IMG/VR virus record: IMGVR_UViG_3300012953_006207
Location: 1-64,000 of that record
Length of the DNA stretch: 64,000 bases
Reading direction: 5' to 3' (one strand)
From: a virus
Both the position numbers and the translations under genes were made by a program. Under the pieces are notes generated by a model. The model was not told where the DNA came from. It worked only from the letters and a program-made list of their open reading frames with translations, and searched no databases. Position 1 is the stretch's first letter; every line of letters begins with the position of its first letter. Shown here in pieces: positions 19,567-29,492 of the stretch.

Positions 19567-20286
19567 ATGAAAACAATATGCTTAACTTTCGATGATGGAG
19601 TGCAATCTCACTATGATGTTGCTCTACCATTATTAAAGAAGCATAAATTAAAAGGCACTTTTTTTATCACCGGAGACCCTAATGTTTGGCATTGGCATTT
19701 CGACTCTATTAAAAAAGGTATGGAGGAATCTGCTATGGATTTTAGTAAACTTCATGAATTTGTAGAAGCTGGACTTGAATTAGGCAACCACAGCTTTAGC
19801 CATCCCAACTTCACGAAGCTAAATAAAGATCAAATAATAAACGAACTAAAAGATGTAGACAGAATCTTTCTCATGAATGGAGTTCACCCTGCTACTACTT
19901 TCTGCTACCCAGCTTACGATACAAATGATTTTGTCGCAGAAGTCCTTAGTTCTTGCGGTATAACTCACGCCAGAACAGGTTATATTTATAAAGAAGATAT
20001 TTGGGCTGACTGGAGACTTAATCACCCACCTGTCATGGAGCCAAAACCTAAGCCGAATTATTACGACCCGAAAACACCTTTACTTACTCGCTGCACAGGC
20101 ATACTGAATTGTCTGTACGGCTATGAGTATTTTGTCGAAGATATCGAGCGGATGCCAGAGGATGCTAAGGCTATTTTTGCTTTTCATGGTTTAAAGAAGA
20201 AGAATCTTCTAGAGGATTTTGAAAATATAATCAAATATATCGTTGATAACAATTTAAATACAATTAACTTTAGAGACTTAAAATGA
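19567..20286 (+). CDS. Polysaccharide deacetylase (CE4/NodB)
   Basis: LTFDDG, GTFFI, ELGNHSFSHP, FCYP, FH. Confidence 0.9.
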   Translation: MKTICLTFDDGVQSHYDVALPLLKKHKLKGTFFITGDPNVWHWHFDSIKKGMEESAMDFSKLHEFVEAGLELGNHSFSHPNFTKLNKDQIINELKDVDRIFLMNGVHPATTFCYPAYDTNDFVAEVLSSCGITHARTGYIYKEDIWADWRLNHPPVMEPKPKPNYYDPKTPLLTRCTGILNCLYGYEYFVEDIERMPEDAKAIFAFHGLKKKNLLEDFENIIKYIVDNNLNTINFRDLK

Positions 20287-20825
20287 ACGAAATAAATATA
20301 GAACTATATGTACCCTCCAGAGAAGTGCCTGACCGCACACCAAAAGCTGTAATTGATGGTATGTCAGAATTCATACAAGGCAAAGTAGTTTGCGATCTCG
20401 GCTGCGCCGAAGGAGACACTATGGTATTTATGAGCAAATACGCCAAAGAGGTTATTGGCTTCGAATTTGATAAAGCTCGCGGTTCAGTAGCGGAAGAAAA
20501 AGGGTTAAACGTTGTCTACGGGGATTATTTTAAAGACGACCTACCAGAAGCCGAAGTGTATTATTTTTGGCCAGACGAAGGAGCTAAAGTTAACGAATTT
20601 TTAATTAACAAAATTCATTCAAACGAGAACTGGAACGGGACAATAATCGTAGGGGGAGATAAGAGTTTTTACCCAGAGCCAGAAATTCTAGAAGAACAAG
20701 TTAGAAAATGGAAGGGAGACATAAAGGATATTAGCTGGGAGGAGAAAAAAACAGACCATCATCGTAGTGGCAGCGGAGTATTTTCGCTTTGCATCATAAT
20801 AAAACCTAACCCCGGTTTAACTTAA
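20283..20825 (+). CDS. Class I SAM-dependent methyltransferase
   Basis: VCDLGCAEG, VIGFE, GDYF. Confidence 0.8.
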   Translation: MNEINIELYVPSREVPDRTPKAVIDGMSEFIQGKVVCDLGCAEGDTMVFMSKYAKEVIGFEFDKARGSVAEEKGLNVVYGDYFKDDLPEAEVYYFWPDEGAKVNEFLINKIHSNENWNGTIIVGGDKSFYPEPEILEEQVRKWKGDIKDISWEEKKTDHHRSGSGVFSLCIIIKPNPGLT

Positions 20826-21541
20826 TGTCTGAAAAAAATATATGTATCTTCATATTAAGTAACCATAGGTCTGGCACTTCTGCCACTGGTGGATGTCTAA
20901 ATATTTGCGGGATAGACTACGGAAAGAGCAAGCATCCTTTCAAAGGCGAAGGTACTCAATGGAACTCAAAGGGTTACTTTGAAAACACCGCTTTCTCAAG
21001 TAAGCATAACGAAATACTAGAATCCTTTGGCCAAAGCTGGAAAAGTCCTTGGCAGATTACAGAAGAACAAGACCAATCCTTATTTCTTAACGATAAATAC
21101 GCTTCACAAATAATAGACTTAATAAATAAAGAATTTGATTCAAATGTTTTCTACATAAAAGACCCAAGGATACTTTTTTTATATCCTGTATATGTAAACG
21201 TCTTAAAGAAAGCCAATATAATCCCTTACTTTCTATGGATAGAAAGAGATGTAGAATCAATTTTAAAGTCGCTATGGCGGAGAGGTCATACTGGCTGGCA
21301 TAACGACAGAGAGCTAGGTCTTATGCACCACTACAAACATGTAAGTAGATTCAACAAGCTCTTAGGAAGCTGCGCTTCTGAGCGCATACCTTTTAAATTT
21401 ACCACGCTTAACTATCAATCTTTAGTAGCAAACCCAGTGCTTGAACTAAATAAAATAGATGAAATTTTTAATTTAAATCTTGTGAGCGGTAACGAAAAAG
21501 AAATAACTTCATTTATAGATGGAAAATTGAAACATTTCTAA
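20825..21541 (+). CDS. Sulfotransferase
   Basis: HRSGTS PAPS-binding loop, N.KGYFE, KDPR, R......SL.RR. Confidence 0.85.
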   Translation: MSEKNICIFILSNHRSGTSATGGCLNICGIDYGKSKHPFKGEGTQWNSKGYFENTAFSSKHNEILESFGQSWKSPWQITEEQDQSLFLNDKYASQIIDLINKEFDSNVFYIKDPRILFLYPVYVNVLKKANIIPYFLWIERDVESILKSLWRRGHTGWHNDRELGLMHHYKHVSRFNKLLGSCASERIPFKFTTLNYQSLVANPVLELNKIDEIFNLNLVSGNEKEITSFIDGKLKHF

Positions 21542-22560
21542 TGAAAAAAACTCCCCAAAAAGAAACAAGCACTCCAGTGGGGTTTCACTGGCTTGAATAC
21601 TTGTCTCTAAACCCTGATATCCAGCACCTCGACAGGTTTCAGGCTGTAAAGCATTGGATAGAAAAAGGGCAATTCGAGAATAGAATTTATCACATGAAAA
21701 ATAAAATTCGTGTGAGCGATGCATCTACGAATAAACATCATAGCACTCTCGTATATTCAGCTATAATAGGTAATTACGAGGAGCCTAAACGACCAAATAT
21801 AAAGCTAAACAATAACACCCCCTTTGTTTTGCTCAACGATACATATGGCGATGGAATACCTGCTCATGACAATCGCCACAAAGCTAGACACGTTAAAATT
21901 TTAGGCTACAAAAATTTCCTACAAAAGAACACAATATGGATAGATGGCAGTTTTATACTGAACTGTAACCCAAATCATCTCCTGAAAGAAATTGATTTTG
22001 AAGATTACGATATAGCCGTACCGAAGCATAGAATAAGAAATAACGCTCTTGAAGAAGCTGAACAAATTCTAAGGAACGAGACTGACTATGTGACCCGAGG
22101 CAAAATTGAACGTCAAATAGACATTTACAAAAAAAGAGGATATAAGTTTGATAACGGCCTAGCAGAAACAGGAATTCTAGTCCGAAAGAACACTAATCCA
22201 GTAAACGAATTTTGCGACTTATGGTGGAAACAAATTTGCGACCACAGCTTAAGAGATCAACTTAGTTTTAATTATTGTTTGTGGGTGATGGAAAAGCAGG
22301 GGAAACCATTAAAAGTTAAATACATAGATAAATCTTACTGGAGACGACCCATTGTTAGCGTAATTGAAGAAGAATGCCCCAAAGAATTACCCAAGGACTT
22401 TCATTATTTAGAGTACGAAAAGCTAAACGCGGACATTGCGAGAGACAATCTCTCAAGAGAAGAAATCGAAAAACATTGGATAAAATGGGGGCAAAGGGAA
22501 GGCAGAGAGTACAGTCTGGAAGATGCTAAAAATAGACATTTCATATACATACCTCACTAG
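21541..22560 (+). CDS. DUF616-type glycosyltransferase flanked by two small repeats
   Basis: VYSAIIGNYE, IWIDGS, H..RN, E.G.L.R, RDQLSFNY; N- and C-terminal FH.LEY..LN.DI....HWI..GQ.E.R.Y repeats. Confidence 0.8.
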   Translation: MKKTPQKETSTPVGFHWLEYLSLNPDIQHLDRFQAVKHWIEKGQFENRIYHMKNKIRVSDASTNKHHSTLVYSAIIGNYEEPKRPNIKLNNNTPFVLLNDTYGDGIPAHDNRHKARHVKILGYKNFLQKNTIWIDGSFILNCNPNHLLKEIDFEDYDIAVPKHRIRNNALEEAEQILRNETDYVTRGKIERQIDIYKKRGYKFDNGLAETGILVRKNTNPVNEFCDLWWKQICDHSLRDQLSFNYCLWVMEKQGKPLKVKYIDKSYWRRPIVSVIEEECPKELPKDFHYLEYEKLNADIARDNLSREEIEKHWIKWGQREGREYSLEDAKNRHFIYIPH

Positions 22561-22607
22561 ACTTTTGCCAGATGTCATTTTTCGGCCAAATAAGTGTATT
22601 CATATAT

Positions 22608-22802
22608 ATGAACAAGCTTTCCAAGGGCGACCAGAAACTATTGCTCCAACTTTTAGCCAATCAAATAAAAGAATCTCATTTCAACTCTTTGCGCTATCAT
22701 TCAGAGTCATATTACGAAAGAACCGTTAGCTTACAGAGAATATTTAATATATTAAGTCATGAAGCTTCGGACATAGGAAGGATTAAATTTGATTTATTTT
22801 AA
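22608..22802 (+). CDS. Hypothetical protein
   Basis: ATG 8 nt after the AAGTGTAT motif. Confidence 0.45.
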   Translation: MNKLSKGDQKLLLQLLANQIKESHFNSLRYHSESYYERTVSLQRIFNILSHEASDIGRIKFDLF

Positions 22803-23472
22803 TATACCTTGGGCAGAAGATCAAAACATAGTGGAGGCTTACAATAAGTTTATGGAGGTCATACCTAACGACAGTGACTTTGCTTGTTTTGTAGACGGAG
22901 ACGCAATGTTTGCGAATGCATTCTTCGGAGCAATGCTTTATGAAATTATAGAAAAGCACTCAGACAAAAACTTTTTTTCTTCTTATGTTAGCAGGTGCGC
23001 TTATGATGGCGCGGGAGCTTGGATGATTCCAGATGATCAAGAATGCCGTTCAATAAAGGTATCCCGAAAAGATATAGTAGAAAGTAATGATATGAAATTT
23101 CATAGAGATGTCGGTAAATCTTTATGGAAAAAAAATAAAACTAGTTTAATTAAAATAGATGAGCCTTTCCTGAAAGAACGAAAAACTTCTAGCGGAGACC
23201 TAAGCTATTTTTCAGGCACTTGTTTTTTAATAAGGAAATCTCTTTGGAAAAAAATAAACAAATTTAAATCTTTTTGGAGACAAGGAAGCGATCTAAACAC
23301 TCGCTTCTTCGGGGTAGACAATAGGATTCATAAAGACGTGTTAGAATACGGCGAGTCTCTTTATTTAATGAGAGGAGTATACTCTTACCACTGGTACAGA
23401 AACATTCATACAAAGCAAGAGTTTTACGATTATTCACGCGCTTCGCACGAACACAAAGTAATTAGTTTATAA
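22789..23472 (+). CDS. Glycosyltransferase-like (GT-A)
   Basis: AYN.FM, CFVDGDAMF (DxD), SG.CFLI.K..W, GVDN, Y.YHWYR. Confidence 0.7.
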   Translation: MIYFNIPWAEDQNIVEAYNKFMEVIPNDSDFACFVDGDAMFANAFFGAMLYEIIEKHSDKNFFSSYVSRCAYDGAGAWMIPDDQECRSIKVSRKDIVESNDMKFHRDVGKSLWKKNKTSLIKIDEPFLKERKTSSGDLSYFSGTCFLIRKSLWKKINKFKSFWRQGSDLNTRFFGVDNRIHKDVLEYGESLYLMRGVYSYHWYRNIHTKQEFYDYSRASHEHKVISL

Positions 23473-23487
23473 ATTTTATTTTTCATA

Positions 23488-24138
23488 TCAACCTTCAAAT
23501 TTGTACCCGAAATACTCAATGTCTCGCGCATATTTTTTCGTAACGATTTGTTTTGTTTCATTATCGTAATATTCGGTATAGTGTTTGCGCTTTGATTTGT
23601 TTAAGTGCGGAAGTTGCTTTTGTAAAATTCCAGCTTTATCGCAAACAACATTAAAGTCTTCTTGGAAGTTTTCGAATCTGCCTATAAAATCTATATTGTC
23701 TAAGCTAATTACTTGTCTCTCAAATTTATCAATTTGTGATTCCCAGTGGTCGTCAAAGTTTTTTTGAGTAAAATTTACAAAATCTTTAAAATTAAATTTA
23801 TTTATATCGGGATTCTTTTCGTTAAAAAAGTCACGGATATTTTGATCTTGTGGAATGTTCCTGTAACAGGCTCCATTGTTTAATTCTAAAATTCTTCTGC
23901 ATAAGTGGGTGTATCTTGAAACTAACCTTGAATAAGGGTTTCTAACAAAAGTAAAAATATAATTTAAATCAGAAAGATCGACTTCAATTAACTCTCTATT
24001 TGTATACCCATGTTTTTGCAATTTTTTTCCAATAGAAGTATTTCCTGCTTTATGATTTACAATGTATAGTACTTTTGTATTTTCGTTTAGTGATCCATAT
24101 ACTTCACGTTTCATATTTATATTAAAACTAAACCTCAC
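23488..24138 (-). CDS. Sulfotransferase family 2
   Basis: HKAGNTSI, FVRNPYSRLVS.Y, DHW..Q, DFIGRFENFQEDF, Y..DIE.FGY. Confidence 0.9.
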   Translation of the reverse strand: MRFSFNINMKREVYGSLNENTKVLYIVNHKAGNTSIGKKLQKHGYTNRELIEVDLSDLNYIFTFVRNPYSRLVSRYTHLCRRILELNNGACYRNIPQDQNIRDFFNEKNPDINKFNFKDFVNFTQKNFDDHWESQIDKFERQVISLDNIDFIGRFENFQEDFNVVCDKAGILQKQLPHLNKSKRKHYTEYYDNETKQIVTKKYARDIEYFGYKFEG

Positions 24139-24740
24139 TACTCTCCAAATTTGTAGCCAAAATACTCAATATCCTTTGCGTATTTCTCTGCAATAATCTG
24201 CTTTGTTTCTTCGTCGTAGTATTCGGTGTAGTGCTTGTGCTCCGTTCTGTTATGATGCGGGAGTTGTTGTCTTGGGATTCCTATCTTATCACAAACAACA
24301 TTAAAGCCTTCTTGGAGTTTTTCAAATTTTATAACTACATCAGCGATAAATTTTCCAGATTTATCAATTAGTATATCAACTTGATTACGTGTTATATGTC
24401 TGTAATCATGACCCGCAGGGCCAGTTTGATATTGTGGCAAATTCAAAGCTGTTTCTTTCAATGATAGACCTTTAATCAAAGTACTTTCGATAACTTTAGG
24501 AAGGGGTTTTTGTAAATATTTCCACGCGCTTACAAATTTGTCCCACGGATTTCTTGATACTACGAATATTAAATAATCAGAATATTTAATTAAATCTTCA
24601 TCTTTGAATTCTGGGCTATCGACTCCATCGATAAAAGCAGTATTGGGAATATCATGCATAGACAATGCGTTAAGTATGGAAGTTTGCCCACACTTTCTTT
24701 GATGAATAAAGATAAATTTGTGTTTATGGCTGATCATCAC
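24138..24740 (-). CDS. Sulfotransferase family 2 (paralog)
   Basis: KFIFIHQRKCGQTSI, RNPWDKFVS.W, KFEKLQE.F, HYTEYYD, YAKDIEYFGY. Confidence 0.9.
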   Translation of the reverse strand: MMISHKHKFIFIHQRKCGQTSILNALSMHDIPNTAFIDGVDSPEFKDEDLIKYSDYLIFVVSRNPWDKFVSAWKYLQKPLPKVIESTLIKGLSLKETALNLPQYQTGPAGHDYRHITRNQVDILIDKSGKFIADVVIKFEKLQEGFNVVCDKIGIPRQQLPHHNRTEHKHYTEYYDEETKQIIAEKYAKDIEYFGYKFGE

Positions 24741-25536
24741 CTTCGTAACGTTCTTTAACTATTTGTATTATATCTTCTTTAGATTTTTTCCTAATACTTT
24801 TACGTAGGTCATGATTAGTTTCTATTTCAGGGTCTGAAAAGCTTATGTGATAAATGTCTCCTATCGTCTTACATAAGTTACCGCTCGTATTAGGATCATA
24901 AATAAGATTTATCATTTTATCTTTGTTAAAACCTAGTCTCCAACATAGATCATTTTTATCGTTTTGTCCGAAAGGTATACTCTCATCAAATTTTTCCTTT
25001 GATGCCTTTGTGAATGCCAACATTGGCTCAGAATCTATGAGTTTATCAAAATCTGGTTTCCCGTTTTCCACAGGAACTCTTTTGGCCATTAATGCATAGT
25101 AATTAAAATCACCTTCGTCAGAGGTTAAGCCTTTGCATATATCGTCAAATAATTTTGATGTAAAAAAACAATCTCCGTCTAAACAAAATAAATATTTACC
25201 TCTCGACAAGCCCTCTTTTATAGCCACGTTTCTTGCGTTGTTTATATTTGTTAAGTAATGAAATTTGTGCTCGAAAGTTCCCAAAGGCTTATACTCATTA
25301 TAAAGGAAAGGAATTTCTATATGGTCATGCCTGAACTTCTCCAATAATAATTTTATGTCATTTAGGTAATCTGTATCAAAAATACGATTTAAAACCCAAA
25401 TTCTTTTAAAATTTATCTCCTTTTCCTTTTCGAGTATGTAACTCAATTCAGTTAATCGAGAGATGCGAGAAGATTTCGGCGGGGTATAATTACCAAGCAC
25501 TCTAGCAACTACTATATCGTGATTGTTAGTGTTCAT
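24724..25536 (-). CDS. Glycosyltransferase-like protein
   Basis: NNARN.AI..G, LDGDCFF (DxD). Confidence 0.6.
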   Translation of the reverse strand: MNTNNHDIVVARVLGNYTPPKSSRISRLTELSYILEKEKEINFKRIWVLNRIFDTDYLNDIKLLLEKFRHDHIEIPFLYNEYKPLGTFEHKFHYLTNINNARNVAIKEGLSRGKYLFCLDGDCFFTSKLFDDICKGLTSDEGDFNYYALMAKRVPVENGKPDFDKLIDSEPMLAFTKASKEKFDESIPFGQNDKNDLCWRLGFNKDKMINLIYDPNTSGNLCKTIGDIYHISFSDPEIETNHDLRKSIRKKSKEDIIQIVKERYEGDDQP

Positions 25537-26338
25537 CGGCTCCCGATTTAATGCTGTTGTTTTGTGAGTCTAAGTCTCCAACAAGGTATGCATCAGTAAG
25601 CAATTGTTTGTGCGTCTCTGACTTGGAGAACTTTCTCAGTTTCTCTAATGATTTGTCCCACTTTGCAAATTTAGCGTAAGATGGAAATAACATTCCGTAA
25701 GCTACCCGCCTCATGGGAGCACCAGCTTTCATTTTAGATTGACCGTGGCAAAGGTTCTCTGGAAATATTATTACATCTCCTGCATTTAATTTTGGTATAG
25801 TTACCTTATCGAAGAAGTTGGAATCTTCCTTTAAAAAAGACTGTAGTACATCTTGACCTCTCGCAAAATAAGAGCTTTTATGCGACCCTCTTATGTAGCC
25901 AAGTCCGCCCGTAGAAGGTTCTTGGCCTTTCAATATTATTCCAACTGATAGCTGTCCCGTTCTCGTCCAGCACGGAGAATCTAAACTTTCAGTTCCTTGC
26001 GTTAAATAATAATGTATAGCGTCTTTGCCAAATGATTTTCCATGCAAATGATTGAACGGGTCTGTTGAAGCTTCCTGCTCTACTATAAATCCATGATCTA
26101 ATCTAAAGTTTTTGCCTAAACATTCTCGCGCTATACTTGTTATTTTTTCATCAACGAAGAAGTCTATGAATACTTCATGACTTTCAAACACGTCTAATAT
26201 TTTATATCCACCATCTTTTCTTTTCTCTTTGGCGTTATCTATAACGGAATTAGCTAAATCAATTCTTTCTTTAGAAAATGCATTTCTTTTTATAAGCATT
26301 CCAAAGCAATCGAAAAAATATAAATCTTGTGAAATCAT
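25526..26338 (-). CDS. Phytanoyl-CoA dioxygenase (PhyH)-family protein
   Basis: F...G.L....AFS, LH, GGLGYIRGSHK, AGDVIIF.E.L.HG, RR. Confidence 0.8.
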   Translation of the reverse strand: MISQDLYFFDCFGMLIKRNAFSKERIDLANSVIDNAKEKRKDGGYKILDVFESHEVFIDFFVDEKITSIARECLGKNFRLDHGFIVEQEASTDPFNHLHGKSFGKDAIHYYLTQGTESLDSPCWTRTGQLSVGIILKGQEPSTGGLGYIRGSHKSSYFARGQDVLQSFLKEDSNFFDKVTIPKLNAGDVIIFPENLCHGQSKMKAGAPMRRVAYGMLFPSYAKFAKWDKSLEKLRKFSKSETHKQLLTDAYLVGDLDSQNNSIKSGADEH

Positions 26339-26340
26339 AA

Positions 26341-27462
26341 CTACCAACCCTTCTTAATACAGTCGGTAATGTATTCTCTTTGCTCTTTCGTGACCCACCA
26401 ACCTACTGGAATAGAAATAAGTTCGGGTGTTATTTTGTCTAGAGTTGGAAGGTGACTATTAAATTGATTTACGCAAGAGTGAATATCATTCCTCTCATGA
26501 ACTTGACTCACCATGATTTCGCACTCTTTCATATAAGCCATGAAGTCGTCTTTTCTTTCTACAAATAAACTGTAAATCCAAAAGCTTGAATCCATTCTTT
26601 CATCTCTTTCGGTCAACCTCACGCCTTCAACACCTTCCAGTTCTTGATCGTAATAATGCGCGTTGCTTTTATGAGTAGCAAGATTGGCGTCAAGGTGTTT
26701 TAAATTTTCTATACCTATAGCAGCAGCGATATCGTTCATATGAAACTTGAATCCCCATTCGGGTATATCTGCTTCACACCTAAAATCTTTTTTATTTGTA
26801 TCTCTATCTATTCCGTACCACCTCAACAACTTGGCGCGTCTATGAAATTCGTTAGTCGGACATACAAGTAATCCGCCATCGCCAGTAGTTAAATGTTTGA
26901 TGGCTTGGAAGCTAAACGTACAAAAATTTCCACTATTACCTATCCTTCGGCCATTAAAGGTACTTCCAATCGCGTGGGCGCAATCTTCAATAACCAAAGG
27001 TCTAAAGCCGTACATTTGCTCTGTTTTATCTACTATGTTTTTAATTCTATCTAAATCTACGGGGTATCCTCCCCAGTGGACTATAAATATAACCTTAGTC
27101 GAAGGAGAGATTTTTCTCTCTAAGTCGTCTAAATCCATATTTAAATTAAAGTAATCGACATCTACCCATTTTATATTTAAACCATTAGCAAGTATAGGCC
27201 AGTTTGTGGCTGTACAAGTCAACGGAGTAGTTAGAACTTCATCACCCTCACTTATGAAATCTTTTTTCATCAAGTGAAGTGCGAGATGTTCAGCCGAAGT
27301 AGCAGCATTAGTAGTGCAAATGTAATCGTTGCTAAGATAAGATTTAAGTTCAGTTTCGAATTCTTCTACTTTCGGCCCCTGACCGATGAATCCGCTTTCT
27401 AAAACTTTGCCAACTTCTTGTTGGGCTGTACTTGACATAAATACTTTAAATAAAGGAATCAT
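26341..27462 (-). CDS. DegT/DnrJ/EryC1/StrS sugar aminotransferase
   Basis: GPKVEEFE, GDEV.T, VH.GG.P.D, IEDCAHA.G, FSF.AIKHLTTGDGG. Confidence 0.95.
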   Translation of the reverse strand: MIPLFKVFMSSTAQQEVGKVLESGFIGQGPKVEEFETELKSYLSNDYICTTNAATSAEHLALHLMKKDFISEGDEVLTTPLTCTATNWPILANGLNIKWVDVDYFNLNMDLDDLERKISPSTKVIFIVHWGGYPVDLDRIKNIVDKTEQMYGFRPLVIEDCAHAIGSTFNGRRIGNSGNFCTFSFQAIKHLTTGDGGLLVCPTNEFHRRAKLLRWYGIDRDTNKKDFRCEADIPEWGFKFHMNDIAAAIGIENLKHLDANLATHKSNAHYYDQELEGVEGVRLTERDERMDSSFWIYSLFVERKDDFMAYMKECEIMVSQVHERNDIHSCVNQFNSHLPTLDKITPELISIPVGWWVTKEQREYITDCIKKGW

Positions 27463-28745
27463 ATATTTTTAACTTTCCATACTGTGTCTGGGTTAATTTC
27501 TATTCCAAATCCCGCTCTATTTCCCAGTTGATCATCAAACCAAGCTTTGTACTGTCCTACCATATGATTATGCATACATCCTCCCCATGCGTTCTTCATA
27601 TCTTCATAAAGGTAAGCATCTAATGATTTAGTTAGAGGCCATTTAAACTGAATTTTAGATTGCGTGAAATTAAATGTCCTCCAAGATACTTGAGAAGAGT
27701 CTAAATTATTGAACCCGTTATTGACTATGCCTTTTTTATTGAGTCGATTAGCGTGTTCTTCGTCGCTAGAAGATTTTATATCCTCAAGCCTCTCCGTCTG
27801 ACTTGGATCGTATGTTATCAGATGACAATATGAATATATGCAGTTTCTGTGTTCTTTGTAGAACTTATTTAATTTAAATAAATAATCAAAAAGAATCGCA
27901 TCATCGTCACAAAGCATAAACGTTATATCTGAATCAGTTTGATTAACGGCTTCAGTGGCGAACTTTCCAAATATAGAATTACCCCTTTTTCTTTTTTCTT
28001 CTTCGGAGTCATTTGTTTTTATAATCTTTACTTGAGATTCCATTTGCCGATGTTCGGGGTAAGATTCGAAATAATCAGACAGAACATTTTCTACGTCTTG
28101 ATTCGTGCTATCATCTACAATGCATAACTCCCAATTTTTATAAGTCGAAGTGAAAACGCTTTTCAGTGCAAATTTTTGAGACATTTGCGGTCTATCATAA
28201 TAGAAAAATAATATCTGTATTTTTAAATCTGGATTACCATCTCTGTGCTTTACTTCAGGAACTTCAGGTACGTTTATTAAACTTAAATCTAAGGACATTC
28301 CCAAGTCTGTTTCAGTTTCGTCATCTACGTTGAACCCAAGTTCGTAGTAGCACTTTAAAGCCACCATGTTTTTCCTCAATACTCTTAAAGTAGCAGTGGA
28401 ATAACCATCTTTTTTCAAATATTTAAATAGTTCAAGGTACGCAGCTTTCGCGTAGCCGTATCCCCTGTGGGTTGGATGTATATCCATACCTACTTCTATG
28501 GAAGTTCCGGTGTCTTTGTCTGTGCGAATATAACCTACAGGTATTCCGCGAACTGAAGGAGCACCAGTTTCTACTACAATTTTAAACCAAGAAGGTCTAT
28601 CTTTCCGATACCACTTTTCGTACTCATCTATGGTAAAGGTTTTGTCGTTATGAAGAAAAGATCGCGTACTCGGATCGTTTCTTATATTTAGTACAAACTC
28701 AGCATCTGTGACTTCTAGATGTTTAAGGTGTATTTTCAACACCAA
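27459..28745 (-). CDS. GNAT acetyltransferase-GT2 glycosyltransferase fusion
   Basis: N-terminal RimL/PseH-like GNAT (IRND, HPTHRGYGYA, N..A...Y..LGF); C-terminal GT2 (YDRP, SV..STY.NWEL.IVDD, LCDDD). Confidence 0.8.
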   Translation of the reverse strand: MVLKIHLKHLEVTDAEFVLNIRNDPSTRSFLHNDKTFTIDEYEKWYRKDRPSWFKIVVETGAPSVRGIPVGYIRTDKDTGTSIEVGMDIHPTHRGYGYAKAAYLELFKYLKKDGYSTATLRVLRKNMVALKCYYELGFNVDDETETDLGMSLDLSLINVPEVPEVKHRDGNPDLKIQILFFYYDRPQMSQKFALKSVFTSTYKNWELCIVDDSTNQDVENVLSDYFESYPEHRQMESQVKIIKTNDSEEEKRKRGNSIFGKFATEAVNQTDSDITFMLCDDDAILFDYLFKLNKFYKEHRNCIYSYCHLITYDPSQTERLEDIKSSSDEEHANRLNKKGIVNNGFNNLDSSQVSWRTFNFTQSKIQFKWPLTKSLDAYLYEDMKNAWGGCMHNHMVGQYKAWFDDQLGNRAGFGIEINPDTVWKVKNI

Positions 28746-28776
28746 ATTTTATTCTAAACTAAATTGTTTAGCAAGC

Positions 28777-29409
28777 TTATACCCGTAGTTCTCCCATCTT
28801 GAGGTACTTCATATTATCTTCTACAGAGTCTAGGCAGTATTTTACCCAACTTTCAACCGAGTCCTTGCCCACTTCTTTCCCGCCTACGTTTACCCAGTAA
28901 GGAGGAGGAAGTTTGTCTACTATTTCGCCAGATTCAATACTGAGTTCTGCCATGTCCATATAATAATCCATCCAGCATTGAAACCATGAGTTTGTACTTA
29001 AATAAAAATTTAATTCAGCAACCCCTACTGGGATAGCACGATTCTCCTCTTTCTCTTCTTTTACCATTTTTTTCACTTCGAAATCATCCAGATAATAAAC
29101 GCTTTCCCAATCCCCATCCATATCACCTTGCATTACTTCGACCCAAAAGTTATTACCTTTTCTTCCGTAGTTAATCGCGTCAAAAGCATAGACGTAAGCA
29201 GAACCATTTGCTGCTACTTTTACAGGATAAGGGTCTCCTCCTTCATTCTGCTGGAACTCAAAGTCTCCGGTTTCGTTTCGAGCAGTTTCTTTCTTAAGTT
29301 TGTAGAAGGTATCCGTTACCGATTCCGCTTCTTTAGATGATACAAAATCACGACTGTATTGATTGATTACCTCTTGTAACTCATCCAGCCTCTTTTTCAT
29401 TTCTTGCAT
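28777..29409 (-). CDS. Hypothetical protein
   Basis: Minus-strand TTGACT-TATTCCA..(17)-TACATT-6 nt-ATG promoter at 29444-29416. Confidence 0.65.
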   Translation of the reverse strand: MQEMKKRLDELQEVINQYSRDFVSSKEAESVTDTFYKLKKETARNETGDFEFQQNEGGDPYPVKVAANGSAYVYAFDAINYGRKGNNFWVEVMQGDMDGDWESVYYLDDFEVKKMVKEEKEENRAIPVGVAELNFYLSTNSWFQCWMDYYMDMAELSIESGEIVDKLPPPYWVNVGGKEVGKDSVESWVKYCLDSVEDNMKYLKMGELRV

Positions 29410-29492
29410 TCGTTAAATGTATTTTATTTTTTGGAATAAGTCAACTGGAAAAAGTATTGACCCAAAATCAGAATTCTGGAAATATACAATGT

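Noticed and set aside
23488-24740. Similar 3' ends of the two sulfotransferases as a DGR template/variable repeat pair
   Set aside because: Both are intact coding paralogs, the differences are not adenine-specific, and no reverse transcriptase is in the window.
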